Origin: Spirochaetia bacterium
Lineage (GTDB): Bacteria; Spirochaetota; Spirochaetia; DSM-2461
Length of the DNA stretch: 64,000 bases
Assembly (NCBI GenBank): GCA_963668315.1
Contig: OY764216.1
Location: 288,001 to 352,000, forward strand
Reading direction: 5' to 3'
The notes below the pieces were generated by a model. That model was not told the origin of the DNA and searched no databases. It saw nothing but the letters and a program-made list of their open reading frames with translations. The translations under genes and the position numbers were made by a program. Below, in pieces: positions 55,905-64,000 of this stretch; positions within the stretch are counted from its first letter, which is position 1; the number at the start of each line of letters is the position of its first letter.

Positions 55905-57734
55905 TCAGGCCAGTCCCAGATCGGTCTCTCCCTCAAGAAGGCGGGAGTTGACCGTTTCCACCCTGTTGCGTCCCCTGCTTTTCGCCAGATAGAGCGCCAT
56001 GTCGGCGCGGCGGATCAATTCATCGGCATTCATAACCGGTTCTTTTCCGGGAATCATAAACTCCACTCCCACACTGATCGTGACATAGGGAGAACAGGGT
56101 GAGTCGGGATGGGGAATCTGCAGATGTTCAACAGCCTCTCTCAGATGCTCTCCGATCGTGACCATATTGGCCAGGGAATCCACTCCCTGTACAACGACAA
56201 TAAACTCCTCTCCCCCGTAACGGGCGATGAAATCCTGATTCCTTTTAAGGCTTCCCGAAAGAGCTTTGGCCACTTCGACCAGGCAGGTATCGCCTTCCTT
56301 ATGCCCGAGAGCATCATTATAGTTTTTAAACTTATCGATATCCACCATAATAATCCCGATCCCCTGTTCAAGGGTGGAGACCATTTCCCAGCTCTTCTTC
56401 AGGTAACTGTCCAGGGACCGGCGATTCTTGACCCGGGTCAGATGGTCCATGAGGGCCTGATTTTCATACTGGTCCTTCTGGCTGCGGAGCGTTCTGTTCC
56501 GTTCGGACAGAACCTTGACCATAAGATAGTTCTTGCTGGCAAATCGAGCCTGCAGTACGGTCTGAAACAGACAGAAGCAGAAAAAGTAAACCGCCAGGCC
56601 GGTATCATTCATGGGGACAGAGTTATCTACCATACTGAAGACCACGGCGAGGAAAAGCAGAATATCCCCCGTCAGAGCCAAGAACGCATCGAGAGTTCTG
56701 TTTTCGGCAACATCCCGTATCAAAACAAAGATAATGTACAGGGACAGGATCAGCGCATGGATAACGAATACCAGTTCAAACCGGGTATAGAGCGATTTGG
56801 GAGCGATCAGCAGAAAGAGAGAGAAAAGAGCGACTATCACGCTGTCGACCTTCCCGATGAATCTGTTGATTCTGATTTCTTGCTTGCTGCTGTACTGCTT
56901 GTACGTGAAATAGGGGTAACACAGCAGAACAAGATAGATGATTTTGGAACGGATTTCCCCTCCCGTACTGGGATAAAGGTCCATCAGCACCAGCGGCCCT
57001 TTGACCGCGGTGTAAAGAACGGCGGACTGAATCACCATTCCCAGCCAGAAAGTGCTTTGCTCCTCCCGGTTGTAAAGAAAGGAGAAGAAGAGAAAAAAGC
57101 TCAGAAGAACCATGGCTCCGATAAATAGCGATTCCCTTATCTTTTCCCTCATAAGGTCCTGAAGCACCATCTCATACCGTCCCAGAACGGGAAGGCGGAA
57201 AATTCCCGGCTTGTTGGTGTGCCAGTTGCTCATGGTGACAATGATATCAATACGGCCCTCAATAACACTCAGGGGGACGACGACGGAGACATTTCCCGGA
57301 CGGGAAAGGGAACGGGATTCATTGGGCGAGCCGCTTTGGTAAGCCCGCTTCCCATTCACATATAAAATATAATTGGGATTGAGATTGGTCAGCTTGATTC
57401 CTAATAACTCGCTCTCCTCGTCAGCCAGTATCGTCAGGGAGTAGACGGCCGTTCCGAAAGAAGGATAGGACTCCTCAACGGAATTCCAGTGCTGGGGGAC
57501 TTTTATATAGCTGGCAGCCCGTTCTGTAACAAAATTCCCTGTGGTATCGGAATAGGCAAAGCGATCCCAGAAGAAGGCCCAATCCCCCCGGAGAGGGACA
57601 ACCCAGTTTTCCTGGAGATTCTGTCCCCGTAAATCGAGCACACCCTTTTCAACAGAAAAATTGTCATGAATAATTACATGGGAACAGGAAGAAAGCAGTA
57701 TGATAAGAATTAACAGGGAAGCTGCTCTTTTCAT
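55905..57734 (-). CDS. Membrane sensor diguanylate cyclase (7TM-DISM-like + GGDEF)
   Basis: GVLDL/LRGDWAFFW extracellular domain, 7 TM, DIDKFKNYND, RNQD I-site, GGEEF. Confidence 0.92.
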   Translation of the reverse strand: MKRAASLLILIILLSSCSHVIIHDNFSVEKGVLDLRGQNLQENWVVPLRGDWAFFWDRFAYSDTTGNFVTERAASYIKVPQHWNSVEESYPSFGTAVYSLTILADEESELLGIKLTNLNPNYILYVNGKRAYQSGSPNESRSLSRPGNVSVVVPLSVIEGRIDIIVTMSNWHTNKPGIFRLPVLGRYEMVLQDLMREKIRESLFIGAMVLLSFFLFFSFLYNREEQSTFWLGMVIQSAVLYTAVKGPLVLMDLYPSTGGEIRSKIIYLVLLCYPYFTYKQYSSKQEIRINRFIGKVDSVIVALFSLFLLIAPKSLYTRFELVFVIHALILSLYIIFVLIRDVAENRTLDAFLALTGDILLFLAVVFSMVDNSVPMNDTGLAVYFFCFCLFQTVLQARFASKNYLMVKVLSERNRTLRSQKDQYENQALMDHLTRVKNRRSLDSYLKKSWEMVSTLEQGIGIIMVDIDKFKNYNDALGHKEGDTCLVEVAKALSGSLKRNQDFIARYGGEEFIVVVQGVDSLANMVTIGEHLREAVEHLQIPHPDSPCSPYVTISVGVEFMIPGKEPVMNADELIRRADMALYLAKSRGRNRVETVNSRLLEGETDLGLA

Positions 57735-57740
57735 AGAGCT

Positions 57741-58016
57741 TTAACGCTTGCCGGTAACTTTAATAACATGCCACCCGAACTGGGTGTTCACAGGATCGGA
57801 AACGGAACCGACCCCCAGCCTTTTGACGGCGTTCTCGAAGGCGGGAACCATTTTACCCGGGCCGAACCAGCCCAGATCCCCGCCGGAAGACTTGCTCGGA
57901 CAAGTGGAATAGCGGCGGGCTAACTCCTCAAAGCGGGCGCCCTGTTTAATATCGCGGCTCAGCTTCTGAGCCAGCGCCCGATCATTTACAAGAATATGAC
58001 TTGCCTTCCATTCCAT
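57741..58016 (-). CDS. ppiC: Parvulin-type peptidyl-prolyl isomerase
   Basis: ASHILV, STCPS, GGDLGWF, MVPAFE, TQFGWHVIKV. Confidence 0.95.
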   Translation of the reverse strand: MEWKASHILVNDRALAQKLSRDIKQGARFEELARRYSTCPSKSSGGDLGWFGPGKMVPAFENAVKRLGVGSVSDPVNTQFGWHVIKVTGKR

Positions 58017-58106
58017 AAGATCCCTCCCCGATTCAGAATAATATAGGCCAATATGCCTTATTTTTCAAGATTCGGAAAGGGATTAGAACAATGTTCTTTT
58101 ATGGCT

Positions 58107-59102
58107 TTAGATCTGGATACGGGCGTTAAGCGCCGCCCCCAGACTGCCGCTGGACACATTGTACATGGCTGTAAGATCAAGCTTCAACACAACGATATTG
58201 AAACTGCATCCGCCCCAGACTCTCAGAGAGCCGCCGTTGGCTTCGGAAATGATGCTGAATCCGGAATTGGAAATATCCATATCCAGGGCATCCTCTATGG
58301 CTGAAATCTGAGAATCAGTCAAAGGAGTCGTTCCATCGGAGGTGACACTGGCATCGATACCGCCGCCGGCGGAAGAGAAACCGTAGGAGTAGCCCACACC
58401 CACGCTGGGAGTGAGGATCAGGAAGCTCTTGCTGGCCTGGGCCTTCACATCGATAATGTTGGCGCTCCAGTTATAGTACATATCTCCTTCACTCAAGGTA
58501 ATATCAGTTACTCCATTATAGTTGGCTCCTCCAAAATCAATAGTCCTGCTCGGAGTAATCCCATCCATATAGATACCGCCCGTCAGGTAGTTATACCCCA
58601 CACCAACAGAAACGGAAGGAAGAATCAGACCGCCCTTCACGACACCCCAGCGGACATCTCCCCCGAGCATCATATAGTCGATTCCCACGCCGCCGGTCAT
58701 ATCTTCCAGCATGCCGGGACTAAGAAATCCGCCTTTCACTCCCACGTCGATGGGCAGAATGGGAATTCCCACCCGGGCATCGACGGTATAGGCGGGAAGG
58801 GGTACCCCCAGGCTTCCCGTCACAAAAGAGGGCAGATCCACCCCGAGCTGTGTTGCCACCGCTTCGAAAGAGTCGGAAGGAAGGGAGACGAAACCCGTCG
58901 TCAGCCCGACGCCGAAATGGGGAAAACCTCCCAGATAGGCATCGCTCCAATTCAATCCCAGCGTGCTGGCGTAGGGAAGAGCCCCTGCCATATCGTCGGA
59001 AAAATCCTTGAAATCAGATTCCAGACTGCTGTACGTAATTTGAGCTGTAGCAAAACCTGCAGCCATCATCATAATCATTAATGTTAGTAGTAATTTTTTC
59101 AT
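58107..59102 (-). CDS. Exported, probable beta-barrel outer-membrane protein
   Basis: Signal peptide MKK...ATA, amphipathic strands, C-terminal NARIQI, SD GGAGG. Confidence 0.75.
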   Translation of the reverse strand: MKKLLLTLMIMMMAAGFATAQITYSSLESDFKDFSDDMAGALPYASTLGLNWSDAYLGGFPHFGVGLTTGFVSLPSDSFEAVATQLGVDLPSFVTGSLGVPLPAYTVDARVGIPILPIDVGVKGGFLSPGMLEDMTGGVGIDYMMLGGDVRWGVVKGGLILPSVSVGVGYNYLTGGIYMDGITPSRTIDFGGANYNGVTDITLSEGDMYYNWSANIIDVKAQASKSFLILTPSVGVGYSYGFSSAGGGIDASVTSDGTTPLTDSQISAIEDALDMDISNSGFSIISEANGGSLRVWGGCSFNIVVLKLDLTAMYNVSSGSLGAALNARIQI

Positions 59103-59177
59103 GATTATTACCTCCGGTCTTATAAATTATATAGCCGGAACAGGAAATTTCCAGCCTTTTTTCTGTAGTTCTTGTGA

Positions 59178-59597
59178 TCAGCCGAAGGATGCGATGGCTT
59201 CCACGCCGTTTTCCTTGAGGATTTTCAACCCCAGATCGATGTCCTCCACGCGAAAAATCACCACGGCCTGCCCCTGATCGCACATCAGCGTGGAGTAGCA
59301 GTACTCGATGTTCACGCCGTTTTTCTCGAACAATTCCATGATATCGGCCAGCCCGCCGGGCTCGTCGGTCAGCTTGACGCCGATGACTTCCGTCACCCTC
59401 GCGGTAAAGCCCGCCTCCTTCAGAGCGAGCAGAGCTTCCTTGGGCTGCTCGCAGATAATGCGGAGTATGCCGAAGTCGGCCGTGTCGGCGATGGTGGCCG
59501 CCCGCATGTTGATTCCGGCGTTTCCCATGGCCCGGGTCACCTGGGCCAGCCTTCCGTTGGTATTCTCTATAAAAACTGATAACTGCTTTACTTTCAT
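59178..59597 (-). CDS. ACT-domain protein (PaaK-associated)
   Basis: QLSVFIEN..GRL, ADTADFGILR, DEPGGL, NIEY. Confidence 0.9.
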   Translation of the reverse strand: MKVKQLSVFIENTNGRLAQVTRAMGNAGINMRAATIADTADFGILRIICEQPKEALLALKEAGFTARVTEVIGVKLTDEPGGLADIMELFEKNGVNIEYCYSTLMCDQGQAVVIFRVEDIDLGLKILKENGVEAIASFG

Positions 59598-59614
59598 GTT
59601 AGGTCTCCTTGATC

Positions 59615-60916
59615 CTACAGGTTTCTCTTGTCGATAACGCGTTTGGCCTTGCCCATGCTGCGCTCTATCGATTTGGGCTCAACCAGCTTGATGTTCACAT
59701 TAATCTGCAGCTCCTGCTTCATGGCCTGGGCGATCTTGGCCCTGATCCTTTCCAGCTCCTTCGTCTCGTCGGAGAAGAAAGCCTCTTCCACTTCCACCTG
59801 GAGCTCCACGTCATCCAGCTGGGACCGGTCCCTGTCGATGATGATCTGATAGTGGGGCTGGGTCTCCTCGATCTGCATGAGCACGTTCTCAATCTGACTG
59901 GGGAAGACATTGACTCCCCGCAGGATAAGCATATCGTCGGTCCGTCCCAGCAGGCGGTGCATTTTCACCAGAGTCCGTCCGCAGGAACAGGTTTCCCGCC
60001 AGAGATAGGTGATGTCCCTGGTCCGGTAGCGGATGATCGGCGTCCCCTGCCTCGTCAGGGAAGTGAAAACCAGCTCCCCCTTCTCGCCGTCGGGCAGGAC
60101 TTCTCCCGTCTCGGGATTGATGATCTCGGGATAGAAATGGTCTTCGTTCACATGGAGTCCGTTGTGGGCTTCGCATTCGTTGGAAACGCCGGGGCCGATG
60201 ATCTCGGTCAGGCCGTACACGTCAAAGGCCTTGAGGTTCAGCTTCTCTTCTATCTCCTTGCGCATATTGTCGCTCCAGGGCTCGGCCCCGAAGACGCCCG
60301 CCTTCAGATGGAGTTCCTTGAAGTCGATGCCTATCTCTTTGGCCACTTCGGCCATGTAGAGAGCGTAGGAGGGAGTACAGGTCAGAATGGTGCTCTTGAA
60401 ATCGCGCATGAGCATAAGCTGACGCTTGGTATTTCCCGAGGCGGCGGGGATGGTGTTGCATCCCATTTTCTGGGCCCCGTGATGGACACCCAGACCGCCG
60501 GTGAACATGCCGTAGCCGTAGGCGTTCTGCACGACATCGGAGGGAGAGCCTCCGGACATGCCGAGACAGCGGGCCATCACTTCGCCCCACATATCCAGGT
60601 CTTTCCTCGTGTAACCTCCCAGCACGGGAGTTCCCGTCGTTCCCGATGAGGTATGGATCTCCACCAGATCCTCCTCGGGACAGGCCAGCAGGCCGTAGGG
60701 ATAGGTTTCTCTCAACTCATCCTTCGTGGTAAAGGGAAGCTTGGAAATATCCTCGATGGAGTTGATGTCCGCAGGGGACACGCCCAGATCATCCATCTTT
60801 TTCCTGTAGAAAGCCACATTCTCATAGAGATGGGTCACCTGCTTTTTCAGGTTGTATCCCTGAAGCAGTCTGCGCTGATCGGCCGATTCGCACTCGGCTT
60901 CCCTATTCCATATCAT
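59615..60916 (-). CDS. paaK: Phenylacetate--CoA ligase family
   Basis: LPFTTK, SSGTTG, YGYGMFTGG, GAEPWS, YGLTE, RYRTRD, GRTDDM; promoter TTGCCA-N17-TACAAT (60946-60974). Confidence 0.93.
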   Translation of the reverse strand: MIWNREAECESADQRRLLQGYNLKKQVTHLYENVAFYRKKMDDLGVSPADINSIEDISKLPFTTKDELRETYPYGLLACPEEDLVEIHTSSGTTGTPVLGGYTRKDLDMWGEVMARCLGMSGGSPSDVVQNAYGYGMFTGGLGVHHGAQKMGCNTIPAASGNTKRQLMLMRDFKSTILTCTPSYALYMAEVAKEIGIDFKELHLKAGVFGAEPWSDNMRKEIEEKLNLKAFDVYGLTEIIGPGVSNECEAHNGLHVNEDHFYPEIINPETGEVLPDGEKGELVFTSLTRQGTPIIRYRTRDITYLWRETCSCGRTLVKMHRLLGRTDDMLILRGVNVFPSQIENVLMQIEETQPHYQIIIDRDRSQLDDVELQVEVEEAFFSDETKELERIRAKIAQAMKQELQINVNIKLVEPKSIERSMGKAKRVIDKRNL

Positions 60917-61022
60917 TACATTCCCCCGTTGAGTTTTGTAAAAATATTGTAAACCGGGATCTCCCGTTTGGCAAGACGAAAGGAACCGGTCTCCGCGGCG
61001 CTGTTCCGAAAGCCGGCAAGGC

Positions 61023-61130
61023 AGGGATTGTACCGGAAATGAGCCCGGCGGGCCCGGTGAGAACCGGGAGGAGCCCGCAGGTAGAGCGAATTGGAGGGGA
61101 AAGCCCGGCCCGCGAAGCGGGAGCCTCCCG
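61023..61130 (+). repeat. Structured GC-rich intergenic element, copy 2
   Basis: Same ordered motifs as 21921-22020; hairpins CCCGGT-GAGA-ACCGGG and CCCGC-GAA-GCGGG. Confidence 0.6.
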
Positions 61131-61194
61131 AAAAAAGAGAAAAAAGTGTTTTACTTTATAGGCCTATATGACCATAATGATAGTAGGTAGAAAG

Positions 61195-61851
61195 ATGGAA
61201 AATACAAAAAGACTTCAAATGACCCTGATCACGGTCCTCATATTTCTCATGATAGCGGGCGTGACCTTTCTTTTTATAAGAAGAGAGCTCAATACCATGC
61301 CCCGTTACCATCGCTACTCCTCGCCCCTCGCGTCTTCTCTGGCGGAGAAACCGGCGGAAACGGCCCAGCCGGCCGAAGCCGTTCCTGCGGAAAAAGAGAG
61401 CGAAGCTTATGAGAATATTTCCACCCTGCCCGCCTCCCTTTCCCGTTATGTGGTGGACAAGCACACGGTGGAATGGGGCGAGTGCTTTTCCCTTATTACC
61501 GGGGATTACTGGGGAGATATGTTCCTGTGGCCCGATCTGTACATGCTTAACGATATGAAGAGCGGCGACCCCGATCTGATCTACCCGAATGAAGTGGTGG
61601 AGATCTTCAATCGCCTGGGAGAGGGAAACAATTTCAGCAGCCTCGAAAAGGACACCATTCTCGAGGCTTACATTGACGTATACGATATCTATAAAAAGCT
61701 GGGCGACGAGAAGAACAACTCGGCCTGGAGCCTTCTGTGGTGCGCCGCCAAGTACGATCCGGACTTCCTGAATAAATACGCCAGCCGCATCGATCCGGCG
61801 GACCGGGCCATGGCTCAGAAGTATATCGACGAGAAGGGCATCATCGAGTAG
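61195..61851 (+). CDS. Membrane-anchored LysM-like peptidoglycan-binding protein
   Basis: N-terminal TM; HTVEWGECF...WPDLY..N...DPDLIYP; alternative start 61168. Confidence 0.78.
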   Translation: MENTKRLQMTLITVLIFLMIAGVTFLFIRRELNTMPRYHRYSSPLASSLAEKPAETAQPAEAVPAEKESEAYENISTLPASLSRYVVDKHTVEWGECFSLITGDYWGDMFLWPDLYMLNDMKSGDPDLIYPNEVVEIFNRLGEGNNFSSLEKDTILEAYIDVYDIYKKLGDEKNNSAWSLLWCAAKYDPDFLNKYASRIDPADRAMAQKYIDEKGIIE

Positions 61852-61867
61852 AAGCCTGTCCGCGGGG

Positions 61868-62701
61868 TCAGGCTGTGATCAGTTCCCGGGGACAGTAATT
61901 ATCCTTCTGGGGGCAGATGACTTCCTGAGCCTGAATATGGAACATTTCAATGTTGTCGTGGGTGAAAAAGATCTTTTCCCAGGGATTCTTGTCCACAAAG
62001 GCCGTCTGAAGAAAGGAGAAGACGGGATTATTCCCTGAAATCCGGTATATCAGCCCTTTCAGGACGGTAAAATTCCAGAAGACGGCCGTTTCGAAGGAAA
62101 ACTCTCCCCGGTGATCTATGGTAAAGGTACAATCCCTGTTCTTCTCGATGTTATCGGATTTGAAAGAACCTTTGTGGGAGATAATAAAAACATCATCCCC
62201 TTTTGTGGCAAGATAGGCCATGATGGAGGAATGGGGAACTTCCGGAGCGGTTGTTACAAAAACCCCGACTTTATTGTTATCGATGATAAGCTTATCCCTG
62301 ATATCCGTCATGACAAGGGGGGTTTCCGGCAGGGTGATGGCCTCCCGGTGATCATTCGGATGGGAATATCCCTCCTTCGAGAACCGTTCCACAATTGTCG
62401 TTCCATAGAACAATTCATAGAAACAGATATCGGCGACGATATAATCGCTCTGCCTTTGGATGACGGTTCCCTTGACGGCGACTCTGTAAATGTTCAGGTT
62501 GGAGTCAAATTCATCCACCCCTGTCCTGTTATCGATGTATACGGATATTTTCTGCCCCGGGGAGAAGAATGTTCCCTTGGGAAAATGGATTATCACGGTC
62601 CGGTCAATTTTCGAAGTCACTCCCATCTCTGTCACAACGGTATTATCAATATAACCGGAAACAATCGCATAGGATTTATGGGAGATATATTCGTTAATCA
62701 T
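61868..62701 (-). CDS. Hypothetical protein with pyridoxamine-5'-phosphate-oxidase-like split barrel
   Basis: PHSSIMAY, SFKSDNIEKNRDCTF resemble the FMN split barrel; SD GAGG. Confidence 0.65.
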   Translation of the reverse strand: MINEYISHKSYAIVSGYIDNTVVTEMGVTSKIDRTVIIHFPKGTFFSPGQKISVYIDNRTGVDEFDSNLNIYRVAVKGTVIQRQSDYIVADICFYELFYGTTIVERFSKEGYSHPNDHREAITLPETPLVMTDIRDKLIIDNNKVGVFVTTAPEVPHSSIMAYLATKGDDVFIISHKGSFKSDNIEKNRDCTFTIDHRGEFSFETAVFWNFTVLKGLIYRISGNNPVFSFLQTAFVDKNPWEKIFFTHDNIEMFHIQAQEVICPQKDNYCPRELITA

Positions 62702-62724
62702 TTTTACATTACCTCGCTTGTTAC

Positions 62725-63207
62725 TTATGATAAATTCTCGTTAATATAATCGCTGCAGCAGAAATACATTCTCTTGAGCACCCGGATAAACTCGTTGACC
62801 TCATCCTCATCCATTTCCGTAGAGAGAAGATTTGTCCAGAGATCGAGTTTCTCATAGATAAAGGGCAGAAGCCGCCTCCCCTCCCCGGTCAGACGGACAA
62901 TTACGGCCCGCCCGTCCTTTTCGCAGGGCTTCCGCCGGACAAGGCCCTTTTCTTCCAGCCGTTTCATGACCCGGGTTGTTTCGGCCTGATTTATCATCAG
63001 CTCCCGGCTCAGGGCCTTGAGGTTGACCCCGTCCTTCTCTCCCAGGGTCACCAGATAGATGTACTCGGAAGAGCTTATCCCGTATTCCCTGAACTCATTG
63101 TTTATATACATCTGGAACTCTCTGTAAAGAGCCGATATCCATCTTCCTATGTTTACTCTTTCTTCATTTCCCAAAGGCGTACTCGCAGACCGCAATATAT
63201 TTGACAA
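62725..63207 (-). CDS. MarR family regulator (start uncertain)
   Basis: IGRWISALYR, TTRVMKRLEEKGLVRR, DGRAVIVRLTGEG. Confidence 0.9.
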   Translation of the reverse strand: MSNILRSASTPLGNEERVNIGRWISALYREFQMYINNEFREYGISSSEYIYLVTLGEKDGVNLKALSRELMINQAETTRVMKRLEEKGLVRRKPCEKDGRAVIVRLTGEGRRLLPFIYEKLDLWTNLLSTEMDEDEVNEFIRVLKRMYFCCSDYINENLS

Positions 63208-63242
63208 CTCAAGTAAATACTATATTTTAATTGAGTTGTCAA
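63201..63242. promoter_or_regulatory. Perfect 12-bp inverted repeat, probable MarR operator pair
   Basis: TTGACAACTCAA-N18-TTGAGTTGTCAA; each arm is TTGA-N4-TCAA and contains TTGACA. Confidence 0.7.
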
Positions 63243-63280
63243 TTACTTTCAGAGAGGAGAGGCGGGTACTGCCCCTGGAA

Positions 63281-63766
63281 TCACAGATCCTCAGAGCGGA
63301 TAATCCCGCACCCTTTACTCTCATAGTACCGCAGCATTTCGTCAATTTTCCTTTTATCATAGCTGGTAACACAATCGGAGAGCACATGAACGGAGTAACC
63401 TGCCTTGCGTAAGTTGTAGCAGGTGGATTTGACGCATAGGGCCGCATCGGCTCCTGCTATGAAAAAATCATCGATTCCCTTCCTGCCGATGAAGTCCGTA
63501 AACTCTACGCTGCTCAGGGCGTTTCCTTTATTTTTAGTAAAAATGTTCTCCGACGCGATTCTCAGATCCGAAGCCAGCTCAGCCCCCTTTGTTCCGGGTT
63601 TGAAATTCCTTGTCCCGGCCGATAGATTTTCATGCCTTATATAGATGACATGAAAACGGCTGCTCACAGCCCGATCTACCGCATTATTGATATTGCCAAT
63701 AACGTCCTTGTAATTCTTCGTGATGTCATTCTGAATATCGATTATGACTAAGGCCTTGTTCTGCAT
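63281..63766 (-). CDS. Isochorismatase-family cysteine hydrolase
   Basis: ALVIIDIQND, FTK, AGADAALCV; SD AGGAGG before ATG 63766. Confidence 0.9.
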   Translation of the reverse strand: MQNKALVIIDIQNDITKNYKDVIGNINNAVDRAVSSRFHVIYIRHENLSAGTRNFKPGTKGAELASDLRIASENIFTKNKGNALSSVEFTDFIGRKGIDDFFIAGADAALCVKSTCYNLRKAGYSVHVLSDCVTSYDKRKIDEMLRYYESKGCGIIRSEDL

Positions 63767-63817
63767 AGTGTTTCCTCCTGACCGGCAGATTGCTTTATTC
63801 TCTATTATACCCGCCGA

Positions 63818-63841
63818 TTGTTGACAACAGTATGGCAACAA
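63818..63841. promoter_or_regulatory. Palindromic operator between the divergent hydrolase and WYL regulator
   Basis: TTGTTGACA-ACAGTA-TGGCAACAA. Confidence 0.65.
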
Positions 63842-63879
63842 TATATAAAAAAAGTAGAAATTCCCCAGGCGGTCATCCG

Positions 63880-64000
63880 ATGAAAGTGGACAGACTTGTA
63901 AGCATTATCATGGTGCTTCTTGATAAAAAGCGCATAGGAGCCCAGGAGCTGGCAGATATGTTTGAAGTCTCCCCCCGTACCATCTACCGCGATATAGACG
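63880..64000 (+). CDS. YafY-family (HTH_11/WYL) transcriptional regulator, partial
   Basis: Read manually: MKVDRLVSIIMVLLDKKRIGAQELADMFEVSPRTIYRDID. Confidence 0.88.
   Translation, partial: MKVDRLVSIIMVLLDKKRIGAQELADMFEVSPRTIYRDID

Noticed and set aside
1..64000. CRISPR arrays, tRNA/rRNA genes, prophage, retron or known defence operons
   Set aside because: No regularly spaced repeats, cloverleaf or rRNA-like tracts, and no RT, Cas, integrase or phage structural motifs seen by eye

Overview
Bacterial chromosomal window, moderately GC-rich and gene-dense (about 60 CDS). It most likely comes from a free-living Spirochaetaceae genome. That is an inference from the 'LFASG/LPANG'-type leaders on solute-binding proteins, a spirochaete-style LysM protein and the chemoreceptors. 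Recognisable genes: NitT/TauT ABC importer, class I aldolase, MntH, EttA, Nth/TatD, a GH20 and a GH13 hydrolase, NifS, a TetR-HlyD-ABC-2 efflux operon, a BmrA-like exporter with an HssRS-like two-component system, a heterodimeric ABC exporter, ZnuACB, two diguanylate cyclases, HisJ, aspartokinase, PaaK, MarR and WYL regulators, and one IS1-like transposase. I saw no rRNA, tRNA or CRISPR array. Most interesting observations: (1) a small ribbon-helix-helix protein with Cys/His metal-binding motifs beside znuACB, whose promoter has a perfect GTAATACA-N-TGTATTAC palindrome (candidate non-Zur zinc sensor); (2) a UPF0016/GDT1 half-transporter fused to a complete ferritin-like di-metal bundle; (3) a candidate ~110-nt sRNA complementary to SD+AUGAAAAA starts; (4) many genes whose -10 box lies 5-7 nt before the start codon (leaderless mRNAs); (5) two diverged copies of a structured intergenic element with a compensatory base change; (6) a rod-like inverted-repeat element at 24.95-25.1 kb. 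All family calls come from motif recognition by eye; no database search was run.
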